Source: Bacillota bacterium
GTDB taxonomy: Bacteria > Bacillota > Dethiobacteria > DTU022 > PWGO01
Direction of reading: 5' to 3'
DNA length: 64,000 nt
Assembly (NCBI GenBank): GCA_012518215.1
Contig: JAAYSV010000008.1
Location: 166,452 to 230,451 of the forward strand
In this document: piece by piece, positions 56,789-64,000 of the stretch
Position numbering within the stretch: the stretch's first letter is position 1
Layout: each line of letters begins with the position of its first letter
Translations under genes and position numbers: made by a program
Notes under the pieces: generated by a model
The model's input: only the letters and a program-made list of their open reading frames with translations
Database searches by the model: none
What the model was told of the DNA's origin: nothing

Positions 56789-58895
56789 CCGGCAACCTCC
56801 CTATTTCTGCCCGCAATTCGCTTTCGGGGTATTCGATTCGATGATGGTATATACCGGTAAGGATATAGACGAATGCATCCGCTATTTTATCAATATCCTT
56901 CAGTGTCAGATCGGATTCATCCAACTGCCCATCATTGAGTTTTTCCCTGATTATCTTGTGAACCATCCCTTCCATGCGGTCACTTGATGGTTGAGAAAGA
57001 GATCTGACCCCCGCTTCAACAGCATCGGCAAGCATGATAATTGCCGCTTCTTTTGTCTGCGGGCGGGGCCCTTCGTAGCGAAAGTTCTCTTCCATTACCT
57101 CTGCACGTTCATTTTCCAGGGCCTGCTGATAAAAATATGAAATCATACTCGTACCATGGTGTTGCTTGATAATATCGATGATGATCTCCGGCAAATTTTC
57201 ACTGCGCGCCAGTTCCACCCCTTCCTTCACATGGGCGCTGATGATCAACGCGCTCAAATTGGGGGATAGTTTCTGGTGTGGATTCTCGCCGGCAATCTGG
57301 TTCTCGGAAAAAAAATAGGGTCGGTTTATCTTCCCGATATCGTGATAATAGGCTCCAACCCGGACCAGTAGCGGATCGGCGTTAACCTTCTCTGCTGCTG
57401 ACTCCGCCAGATTCCCCACCACGATGCTATGATGATAGGTTCCGGGTGCCTTTATCAGCAACTGGCGTAACAGGGGTTGGTTCGGGTTCGAGAGTTCGAG
57501 CAAGGTAACGGAAGTGGTAAGGCCGAAGCCACTTTCCAGAAAAGGCAGCAATCCTATAGCCACCACAGCTGAAAATATCCCGTTCCCTATTCCCGCCGCC
57601 AGGCTGTAGCCAAACTCCCGCATGTAGCCGTATTCCAGGCGCAGATTCCCCAGAAGGAGAAAAACGGCAATGATGATCACCGCATTTACCATGGAAACAT
57701 AGAGGCCCGCCTTTACCAGGTCGGTCCTCCTGCTAAGCCGGGAGACGGTCAATATAGCCACCAGCCCACCGATCAGGGACATGATGATGATGCTGGTTTC
57801 CCCACCCGTTATCAGGCCGACCATCAGGGCAAAGATTGCATTCAGCAGGATCGCCAATCGATAATCGAAAAGTATGGTAATGAGTATGACCGCAGCTGCG
57901 ATTGGCATCAGGTATGCGGAAAAATAATTGACTGCCATGGCAAATATGAGGGTGATGACGACGATCAAACCCAGCAACACCAACATGGAAGTATTGGCGT
58001 AAATATCTTTCTGAAAGACATAAAGATAGATGCCCACCGCAAAGAAAAAAATCACCAACAGGAGAAATAGCCCTGTATATCTCAAATAATCGGCATGCCC
58101 CCCACGGACCAGACCGAGCGTCTCCAGCCTGGCCAGATGCTCCCTTGTTACCGTTTCCCCTTCGCTTATGATCCGTGTTCCCCGGTGAATCACCGTCGGC
58201 TCAACCTCCTGCCGGGCTGCCTCTTTCTTCTCCGCCGTGGCCGTGGGATTGAAGATCATATTGGGACGGACCAGTGGCTCGATAAGCTTTTCGGCGACTT
58301 TTTTCAGTTCAAGGCTGAAGATCGAGATGCCGATCTCCTGCATTGCCTGTTTTTTGGCCGTCTCCACCCCTTCCACCTTGATCCCCTGTTCCTCGATAAT
58401 TCTGGTCAACATGACTTCCAGCTGCCCATGTAGATCATCCAGGGTGGCCTTGCCCGTCTGGAGCAGGGTAACCAGAACCGTTTCCGGCACATCATCTCCC
58501 AGATACTGCTGCAACTCACCTGTTTTTTCGGATAAATCCTTCTCTGTATCTTCCCTCAACCGGGAAACGACATCGAAGAACTCGTCCATGGTACGGAGAG
58601 CATCTTCCAGAATACGGGAATCATGGGTGAAGACATCCTGTACCGCACTGGCAGCTTCCTCCCGTCGGAGGTTGGTTGAATATTCATCCAGAACATCCCT
58701 CGTGGCAAACACCGTCCGCGGGCTGGGCTTGCCCAGCTCCACGGTCACCCGGGCAGGGGCAATCATTACCGCAAAAAGCAGATAGATAAGACCAAAAACA
58801 ACTGCTGTTAAAAAAAATCTTTGGGTAACCAGATTGCGGGCCAGGGAAAATATATTTTTTAGCCATTTCTTTATCGTGGGGCCTGATTTCATCAC
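56769..58895 (-). CDS. pgpH: 7TM-receptor-HD membrane phosphohydrolase (PgpH/YqfF-type, cyclic-di-AMP phosphodiesterase family)
   Basis: 708 aa with an extracellular N-domain, seven TM helices and a C-terminal HD domain (HHSIVVGNLAESAAE...YYHDIGK). Confidence 0.85.
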   Translation of the reverse strand: MMKSGPTIKKWLKNIFSLARNLVTQRFFLTAVVFGLIYLLFAVMIAPARVTVELGKPSPRTVFATRDVLDEYSTNLRREEAASAVQDVFTHDSRILEDALRTMDEFFDVVSRLREDTEKDLSEKTGELQQYLGDDVPETVLVTLLQTGKATLDDLHGQLEVMLTRIIEEQGIKVEGVETAKKQAMQEIGISIFSLELKKVAEKLIEPLVRPNMIFNPTATAEKKEAARQEVEPTVIHRGTRIISEGETVTREHLARLETLGLVRGGHADYLRYTGLFLLLVIFFFAVGIYLYVFQKDIYANTSMLVLLGLIVVITLIFAMAVNYFSAYLMPIAAAVILITILFDYRLAILLNAIFALMVGLITGGETSIIIMSLIGGLVAILTVSRLSRRTDLVKAGLYVSMVNAVIIIAVFLLLGNLRLEYGYMREFGYSLAAGIGNGIFSAVVAIGLLPFLESGFGLTTSVTLLELSNPNQPLLRQLLIKAPGTYHHSIVVGNLAESAAEKVNADPLLVRVGAYYHDIGKINRPYFFSENQIAGENPHQKLSPNLSALIISAHVKEGVELARSENLPEIIIDIIKQHHGTSMISYFYQQALENERAEVMEENFRYEGPRPQTKEAAIIMLADAVEAGVRSLSQPSSDRMEGMVHKIIREKLNDGQLDESDLTLKDIDKIADAFVYILTGIYHHRIEYPESELRAEIGRLPDESLSE

Positions 58896-58922
58896 ATATC
58901 GCCTGCTTTTTTTGACAGAGAG

Positions 58923-59894
58923 CTAGCTGTTGTTTCTTTCCTCGTATCTCTCATAGGCCGTTATGATCTCTTGAACCAGGGGATGCCTTACCACATCTTT
59001 TTCTGACAGATAGATGGTTGCAATACCCTCGATCCCTTTCAAAACTTCGGAAGCTTGTACCAAACCTGAATAGCGCCCTTTGGGCAGATCAACCTGGGTA
59101 ATATCCCCCGTGATGACCGCTTTTGAACCGAAACCGAGGCGGGTCAGAAACATCTTCATCTGTTCCGGCGTGGCGTTCTGCGCCTCATCCAGAATAATAA
59201 ATGAATCATCCAGGGTTCTTCCACGCATATAAGCCAGGGGCGCCACTTCGATGATACCCTTTTCCTTGTATTTCTGAAATACGTCTACCCCCAGCAGATC
59301 AAACAGCCCGTCGTAGAGCGGCCTCAGGTAAGGATCCACCTTCTCCTGAAAATCGCCGGGCAAGAAACCGAGGTGTTCACCCGCCTCCACCGCCGGACGG
59401 GTCAGAACGATGCGCTCCACGACCTTGTTCTGCAGCGTATCGATTGCTCTGGCCAGGGCAAGATATGTTTTTCCTGTCCCCGCCGGGCCGATCGATAGTA
59501 CAATATCACATTCACGCATGGCTTCAAGATACTTTTTCTGCCCCAGAGTCTTGGGCCTGATCTGCCTTCCACGACGTGAAATGAGGACCACATCGGAAAA
59601 AATTTCTCCGATTTTACCGGCCTGGCCCTTCCGGGCCATCGCCAGAGCATACTCGAAATCACGAGAAGATATATAATGACCTTTTCGCACAACCCCCGTC
59701 AGTGCATTGAACAGGAGATGCAGCTTGCTGACCTCGTTCTTCTCCCCTTCAACAATCAATTCATTGCCCCGGGGGATTACACGAACGTTGAAGTGCCTCT
59801 CGATCAGATCAATATTCTCGTCAAAGCGACCCAGAAGGTACAAAGAATCCTCTTCTTTTTCCAGTTCCAATCTCTGCGTTATTATCTCCGTCAA
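58923..59894 (-). CDS. phoH: PhoH-like ATPase
   Basis: Walker A GPAGTGKTYLA and Walker B IILDEAQN. Confidence 0.9.
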   Translation of the reverse strand: MTEIITQRLELEKEEDSLYLLGRFDENIDLIERHFNVRVIPRGNELIVEGEKNEVSKLHLLFNALTGVVRKGHYISSRDFEYALAMARKGQAGKIGEIFSDVVLISRRGRQIRPKTLGQKKYLEAMRECDIVLSIGPAGTGKTYLALARAIDTLQNKVVERIVLTRPAVEAGEHLGFLPGDFQEKVDPYLRPLYDGLFDLLGVDVFQKYKEKGIIEVAPLAYMRGRTLDDSFIILDEAQNATPEQMKMFLTRLGFGSKAVITGDITQVDLPKGRYSGLVQASEVLKGIEGIATIYLSEKDVVRHPLVQEIITAYERYEERNNS

Positions 59895-59949
59895 ATAGAG
59901 AACCCGCCCCCATTGCTGCCCTTTTTATATACATATTTTATTTCATGGA

Positions 59950-61122
59950 TCACTGTCTGGCAATATTCTCCCTGGTTTCGGCGATGGCCCTCATCGTCCG
60001 TGAACCATCATCCCCGTGTTCCTCACAAAACAATCGTTCAACAATGGCTCCCTCGGGCAACTGTTTCAGCACCGATTTCCTGGCTGCCTCCCCGGCCTTG
60101 CGTACGGCCTCCTCCGGAGGCCAGCTCCTCCGTTCCAGATGGAGTTCATTGTAAGTTATAATTACTAATTCTACAGGCAATGATATATTCCTCCAACTCC
60201 AGCCCCAACTCGATCTTTCCTCGCCATATTCATGGTAAGGTGCCTTGCCCGGCCCCATCACCCTGTACTCTTTCCCCCGATAAATAAAACATATACAGCT
60301 TCGTTTCTTTCCTGTCGGCTTTCGGGATGTCTCCTCGGTGATGATCGGTTCACGCGCTTCGTACCATACCCTGGCGATCACTTCACCCCGCGCCCGCACC
60401 TTCCTGGGTTTGGCCTCCTCCGGAGGAAATTCACCGTAATCCTCGATTCCCTCGATCAACAGGTCCCCCCGTGAGACAATGTCCCCGGGAGCAACCGTTG
60501 CCTTGCCCTCTATGACCAGTACCTTCAAGACCAATCCATCTTTTTCGGCAATAATATCGGTTGGCTGCTCATCAACCGTCGGCTCGGGAAGATGTTCGGC
60601 AATCTCGATACGCAGTTTCGTCCCCCTGAAACTCAGGCCCACCCAGGTAATCTCACGATGCAATCTGGCCAATTCCCTCTCCAGTCTGCTCAGATCAAGG
60701 TTTCCCTTGTAGGCGCCCCTTTTTATACCGATGCTTTCTGCCAGCCGCAAAACCTCAACTTCTGTTATATTCTCCAGTCCATCAATCTCTATAAACCAGA
60801 TAAACAGGGAGGAAACGTATATCGCTGCCAGAAAAATAACCAGTCCCCAGGCAAAACCCTTGCGGCGGCGTATTTTCTTCAGAAGAAAAGGCAGGCCTGT
60901 CCGCCGGGAAATCCTTACCCTGCTGCGGGATTTACGAGCCAGGGGACGTATTTCCCGGAAAGATCTGACCGGAATCCTGAACGTGGCCCCACGATTGTTT
61001 TTTTTGAAATCCCAGAAATTTATTCCCCTGGCAATGGCCAGATTGACCAATCGTTCCGTGCCTTTTCCCTCGGCACTGACGATCAGATAACCCTTGATGT
61101 AGCGCCATAATCTTGACAGCAA
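59950..61122 (-). CDS. yqfD: Sporulation protein YqfD (stage IV sporulation family)
   Basis: MLSRLWRYIKGYLIVSAEGKGTERLVNLAIARGINFWDFKK..., single TM helix, in the conserved yqfC-yqfD-phoH order. Confidence 0.8.
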   Translation of the reverse strand: MLSRLWRYIKGYLIVSAEGKGTERLVNLAIARGINFWDFKKNNRGATFRIPVRSFREIRPLARKSRSRVRISRRTGLPFLLKKIRRRKGFAWGLVIFLAAIYVSSLFIWFIEIDGLENITEVEVLRLAESIGIKRGAYKGNLDLSRLERELARLHREITWVGLSFRGTKLRIEIAEHLPEPTVDEQPTDIIAEKDGLVLKVLVIEGKATVAPGDIVSRGDLLIEGIEDYGEFPPEEAKPRKVRARGEVIARVWYEAREPIITEETSRKPTGKKRSCICFIYRGKEYRVMGPGKAPYHEYGEERSSWGWSWRNISLPVELVIITYNELHLERRSWPPEEAVRKAGEAARKSVLKQLPEGAIVERLFCEEHGDDGSRTMRAIAETRENIARQ

Positions 61123-61137
61123 CAGGATCTTCTCCCC

Positions 61138-61419
61138 TTATTCCTCGTAGATGATTCCCTCGATCTCGCCCTCGATGGACAGGTCCCGGCTCAGAAGAGT
61201 TCGAATCTGCAAGCCCTTGCCGCATACTGCAATCTCCCCGTTGCCCACCGCAATTCTGATTTTTTGCTCCCCGTACTCGATGATCCCGCGATGATTTTCC
61301 AGGAAAAGTTGAAGATTCCCGATCAATACGAGGCGAGGCATATCCAGCATGATATCTTTGGGCAACTCGAAAATATCGGCAAACACATCCTTCCAGTTCA
61401 TTCCCCTCCTTCTTTTCAT
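61138..61419 (-). CDS. yqfC: Sporulation protein YqfC
   Basis: ...FELPKDIMLDMPRLVLIGNLQLFLENHRGIIEYG... matches the YqfC family. SD GGGGAGGTG. Confidence 0.7.
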   Translation of the reverse strand: MKRRRGMNWKDVFADIFELPKDIMLDMPRLVLIGNLQLFLENHRGIIEYGEQKIRIAVGNGEIAVCGKGLQIRTLLSRDLSIEGEIEGIIYEE

Positions 61420-61536
61420 CCGGGCACCTCCCCATGATTACCATAACCTTTTATCAATTTATGCTTTACAAAAAATCGATATGACCGGCATGGTGGAAAA
61501 GCAACGCCACAGCCCGTTCTTCCGGATGATCGGAAT

Positions 61537-61568
61537 AAAAAAAACGGGGCGCGAAGCCCCGTTTTTTA
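61537..61568. terminator. Bidirectional intrinsic terminator
   Basis: AAAAAAAACGGGGC-GCGAA-GCCCCGUUUUUUAC, a perfect GC stem with a U/A-run on both sides. It lies 27 nt after the rpsU stop. Confidence 0.8.
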
Positions 61569-61594
61569 CGGATCAAAGCAACAAGCATACAGCC

Positions 61595-61771
61595 CTAGTA
61601 ATACCTTCTCTTTCGAGCCGCTGCCGACTTTTTCTTTCTTCTTACACTTGGTTTTTCATAATGAGCACGCTTGCGGATTTCTACCAGTATCCCGGTGCGG
61701 GCACATTGTTTTTTGAACCTTTTCAAAGCCTTGTCCAACGGCTCGTCCTTGCCTACCCTGACCTCTGTCAA
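61595..61771 (-). CDS. rpsU: 30S ribosomal protein S21 (58 aa; below ORF-track size cutoff)
   Basis: Minus-strand TTG start after SD GAGGGGGGAGA: [58 protein letters not shown]. Compare B. subtilis RpsU [48 protein letters not shown]... Confidence 0.8.
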   Translation of the reverse strand: MTEVRVGKDEPLDKALKRFKKQCARTGILVEIRKRAHYEKPSVRRKKKSAAARKRRYY

Positions 61772-61843
61772 TTGTCTCCCCCCCTCATCTCTCAGATCGG
61801 ACCGTCCGAGGAGCCCGGATGCTGCTACAAACTACTGCTGAAC

Positions 61844-62203
61844 CTAAACTCCCCGCCCAGCGGCAAAAGAGTTCGAGAGCGGCTGACCGCCCAGAAGATG
61901 TAGATGAATATGGTAAACTGCCTGCCCCGCATCCTGGCCGCAGTTGATTACCGTTCTGAACCCATTCCTGTCTATTTTAAAATCCCTGGCCAACTTGTTG
62001 GCCACCAGATGCATCCTGCCAATCAAACCGGCGTCCTCTTCTTTCAGATCTAACAAGGTACTGATATGCTTGCGAGGAATGATCAGCAGATGGATCGGTG
62101 CCGCTGGAAAAATATCCTTGAACGCAACAATCTCATCGTCCTCATAGACAATATCGGCCTCGGCTTCTTTGTTGGCAATTCTACAAAAAAGGCAATCAGA
62201 CAA
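61844..62203 (-). CDS. HIT-family (histidine triad, Hint-like) nucleotide hydrolase
   Basis: ORF 61844..62287 trimmed to TTG 62203 (SD GGGAGGGAG, spacer 6): MSDCLFCRIANKEAEADIVYEDDEIVAFKDIFPAAPIHLLIIPRKHI...HIHLHLLGG. An upstream TTTCCA-17-TATAAT promoter is seen. Confidence 0.8.
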   Translation of the reverse strand: MSDCLFCRIANKEAEADIVYEDDEIVAFKDIFPAAPIHLLIIPRKHISTLLDLKEEDAGLIGRMHLVANKLARDFKIDRNGFRTVINCGQDAGQAVYHIHLHLLGGQPLSNSFAAGRGV

Positions 62204-62442
62204 CTTTACTCCCTCCCATGGCCGCATATTCAAAATGGCAAACTCCATTCGATTATAGCATGATTGATGCGTCTTGGAAAGGCGCACCCGTGGATCTTGC
62301 CACCATCCGTTCGGCCGCCGCCTCTGTCAATGGCCAATCAATTACTTCTTTATCACTGGTGATATTACCTTCTTGCCACGATAAAATCCACCGTTTTTCT
62401 TGCGCCCCGCCTCTCTTATTGGCTATAATAAATTTAATCTGC

Positions 62443-63534
62443 TTGCAGGAGGCTGTCCATATCGATAATCAGATTGATGTCCACGAAGCACTGAAAAGGA
62501 AAGACCTGATCTTTGTCGATGTTCGTTCTCCCCGGGAGCATCGGAAGGAGAAGATACCCGGTTCCCTGAATATTCCACTGTTCTCCGACGAAGAACAGAA
62601 AGAGCTGGGGACAACCTACAAACATGCCGGCCATCTCGAAGCAAGGCAAAAAGGCCTGGAATATGCTGCGCCGAAACTTGCCAGGCTGGCAAGCATGCTG
62701 GGTGAAGTCGCTTCCCGGAAAACCCCGGTTCTCTACTGCAGGCGCGGAGGGCTTCGCAGCCGGAGCCTCTCCCAGATTCTTTCCCTGGTCGGAATCCCCG
62801 CCCTGCGGCTCAAGGGGGGATACAAAGCTTACCGTCAATTCATTTTTCAGTCGCTGGGCAACTACCATCTCCATCCCCGCCCGGTGTTGTTACATGGCCT
62901 GACGGGAACAGGCAAGACACCGATCATCCAAACATTGATCACTTCAGGTTATGCAGCCCTTGATCTGGAAGGTATGGCCTGCCACCGGGGGTCAGTTTTT
63001 GGCAAGATCGGTTTTACGACCGAGCGTTCTCAGAAAGATTTTGAAGCACTGCTCTGGAACCAACTGGAAAAACATGGCCGTTCCCGCTATCTGGTGATCG
63101 AGAAAGAAGGGCGGAGAATCGGTCGGCTGGTCCTGCCCGATTTCCTCGTACAATCCATGGAAGAAGGCATGCATATTCTTCTTGAAGCCCCCCTGGAAAC
63201 CAGGGCTGAAAGAATTGTTTCCGAGTATATCGATGGCCCCCTTTCGGAAAGCGAAAAAGAGGAATTCACTCATGCCATCACCTCCCTCGTTCCCCGCCTG
63301 GGAAGGAAAACGGCGGAAAAAGTGTTATCCCTGTTTGAAACGGGCGATTACCGGCAAGTAGCCCTGATCCTCTGCCGGGATTATTACGATCGTTTCTACA
63401 CCGATGCCCGCCCGGACAGATATCCCTACGCAGCCGTGTTCGATTCCTCGTCGATTCCCGTTGCCACGGAACAGGTCATCGCTTTCCTGGAAAATAACAA
63501 ACTGATCGAAAGAAGAAAGGAGGTGAAGACATGA
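62443..63534 (+). CDS. selU: tRNA 2-selenouridine synthase (rhodanese domain + P-loop)
   Basis: ORF 62218..63534. The N-terminal 75 aa of that ORF are antisense to the hit gene and low complexity. The rhodanese domain begins DLIFVDVRSPREHRKEKIPGSLNIP with active-site CRRGG. Walker A GLTGTGKT. The start is provisionally TTG 62443, which has no canonical SD, and is therefore uncertain. Confidence 0.75.
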   Translation: MQEAVHIDNQIDVHEALKRKDLIFVDVRSPREHRKEKIPGSLNIPLFSDEEQKELGTTYKHAGHLEARQKGLEYAAPKLARLASMLGEVASRKTPVLYCRRGGLRSRSLSQILSLVGIPALRLKGGYKAYRQFIFQSLGNYHLHPRPVLLHGLTGTGKTPIIQTLITSGYAALDLEGMACHRGSVFGKIGFTTERSQKDFEALLWNQLEKHGRSRYLVIEKEGRRIGRLVLPDFLVQSMEEGMHILLEAPLETRAERIVSEYIDGPLSESEKEEFTHAITSLVPRLGRKTAEKVLSLFETGDYRQVALILCRDYYDRFYTDARPDRYPYAAVFDSSSIPVATEQVIAFLENNKLIERRKEVKT

Positions 63535-63863
63535 ACCCTTACGATTCTGCTCATGCCCTGGCCGCGGCACTCAAAAATTCAACCGAATTCGCGGACTATT
63601 CAAAGGCATTTCATCGATTGAAAGACGATTCGACCGCCAGTTCCATCATCGAAGATTTTTACAAGATACAGACGGAGATCCAGCAACTTCAGCTGGAAGG
63701 GCAAGAAGTGTCTGCCGAGAAAGAAGAGAAATACAAGAAGATGGCGGAGATAGCAAACATGAATCTGGTGGTAAAAGAATATATGGAAGCCGAATACCGC
63801 CTCGCGGTGCTGGTGGGAGACATCCAGAAGATCATTGTCGAGGCCATCGAGGTGAAAAAATAA
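63531..63863 (+). CDS. YlbF/YmcA-family regulatory protein (helical)
   Basis: 110 aa all-helical (LAAALKNSTEFADYSKAFHRLKDD...). SD GGAGGTG. The ATG overlaps the selU stop. Confidence 0.6.
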   Translation: MNPYDSAHALAAALKNSTEFADYSKAFHRLKDDSTASSIIEDFYKIQTEIQQLQLEGQEVSAEKEEKYKKMAEIANMNLVVKEYMEAEYRLAVLVGDIQKIIVEAIEVKK

Positions 63864-63930
63864 CAGGGCAGCCTTCCACATCCTTGGCAAGGGGCAGGAA
63901 TGACAGAATGTTGTTTTCTACTGCCCCCGG

Positions 63931-64000
63931 CTACCCTTCTTCCATGACCATCTCTCCCTGTGGTACCACTTCCTGCATCAGTACCTTCCCGTCTTTGTCG
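63931..64000 (-). CDS. C-terminal fragment of an unidentified minus-strand gene running off the right edge
   Basis: In-frame ...DKDGKVLMQEVVPQGEMVMEEG* ending at TAG (63931-63933). It is too short to identify. Confidence 0.25.
   Translation of the reverse strand, partial: DKDGKVLMQEVVPQGEMVMEEG

Noticed and set aside
1-64000. CRISPR arrays, transposases, integrases, toxin-antitoxin or defence islands
   Set aside because: Read on both strands: no regularly spaced direct repeats, no DDE/tyrosine-recombinase-like ORFs and no compositionally foreign segment. The window is core metabolism and housekeeping.

Overview
This 64-kb window is an ordinary chromosomal, core-metabolic segment of an anaerobic, spore-forming Firmicute; it contains no transposase, integrase or CRISPR array. 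The gene content is Clostridia-like and resembles syntrophic fatty-acid oxidisers such as Syntrophomonadaceae or Peptococcaceae. Almost every real gene lies on the minus strand, and most of the long plus-strand ORFs in the track are antisense artefacts. The window contains these features:
- **lysA with a lysine riboswitch:** a partial lysA runs off the left edge and is preceded by a lysine riboswitch with its own terminator.
- **An 8.4-kb cluster at 1533-9852:** it encodes an HdrD-like CCG-domain Fe-S oxidoreductase, EtfB, EtfA, HdrA, MvhD/FlxD, FlxC, FlxB and FlxA. The junctions are translationally coupled, an intrinsic terminator follows FlxA and an RseC-like gene lies just beyond it. I consider this cluster the most interesting candidate system: a putative ETF-coupled Hdr/Flx flavin-based electron-bifurcating or confurcating NAD(H)/ferredoxin module. 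It sits in the same window as a long acyl-CoA dehydrogenase and a thiolase.
- **Selenium utilisation:** selA, selB and selD form an operon, and selD is itself a selenoprotein whose in-frame UGA made the ORF track truncate it. A tRNA-Sec (selC) lies about 7 kb away and a tRNA 2-selenouridine synthase (selU/mnmH) lies further on.
- **4-hydroxybutyrate and aminobutyrate metabolism:** a 4-hydroxybutyryl-CoA dehydratase (AbfD) and two convergent class-III aminotransferases.
- **A second redox pair:** a second NAD(P)H-oxidoreductase-ferredoxin-MvhD fusion next to an iron-sulfur flavoprotein.
- **PPi-linked glycolysis:** a long-form phosphofructokinase (Pfp) and pyruvate,phosphate dikinase (PPDK).
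- **Housekeeping genes:** glgP, tatC, nif3, trmK, lepA, a dapA-family gene, iscU, sigA, dnaG, four tRNAs, a PBP5-family carboxypeptidase, glyQS and the era-recO-cdd-ybeY-pgpH-phoH-yqfD-yqfC-rpsU block.
- **Regulators:** a Spo0E-like gene and a small XRE-family regulator module with a textbook promoter and operator.

Several gene starts were reassigned relative to the ORF track using SD spacing. One gene shorter than 60 aa, rpsU, was added.
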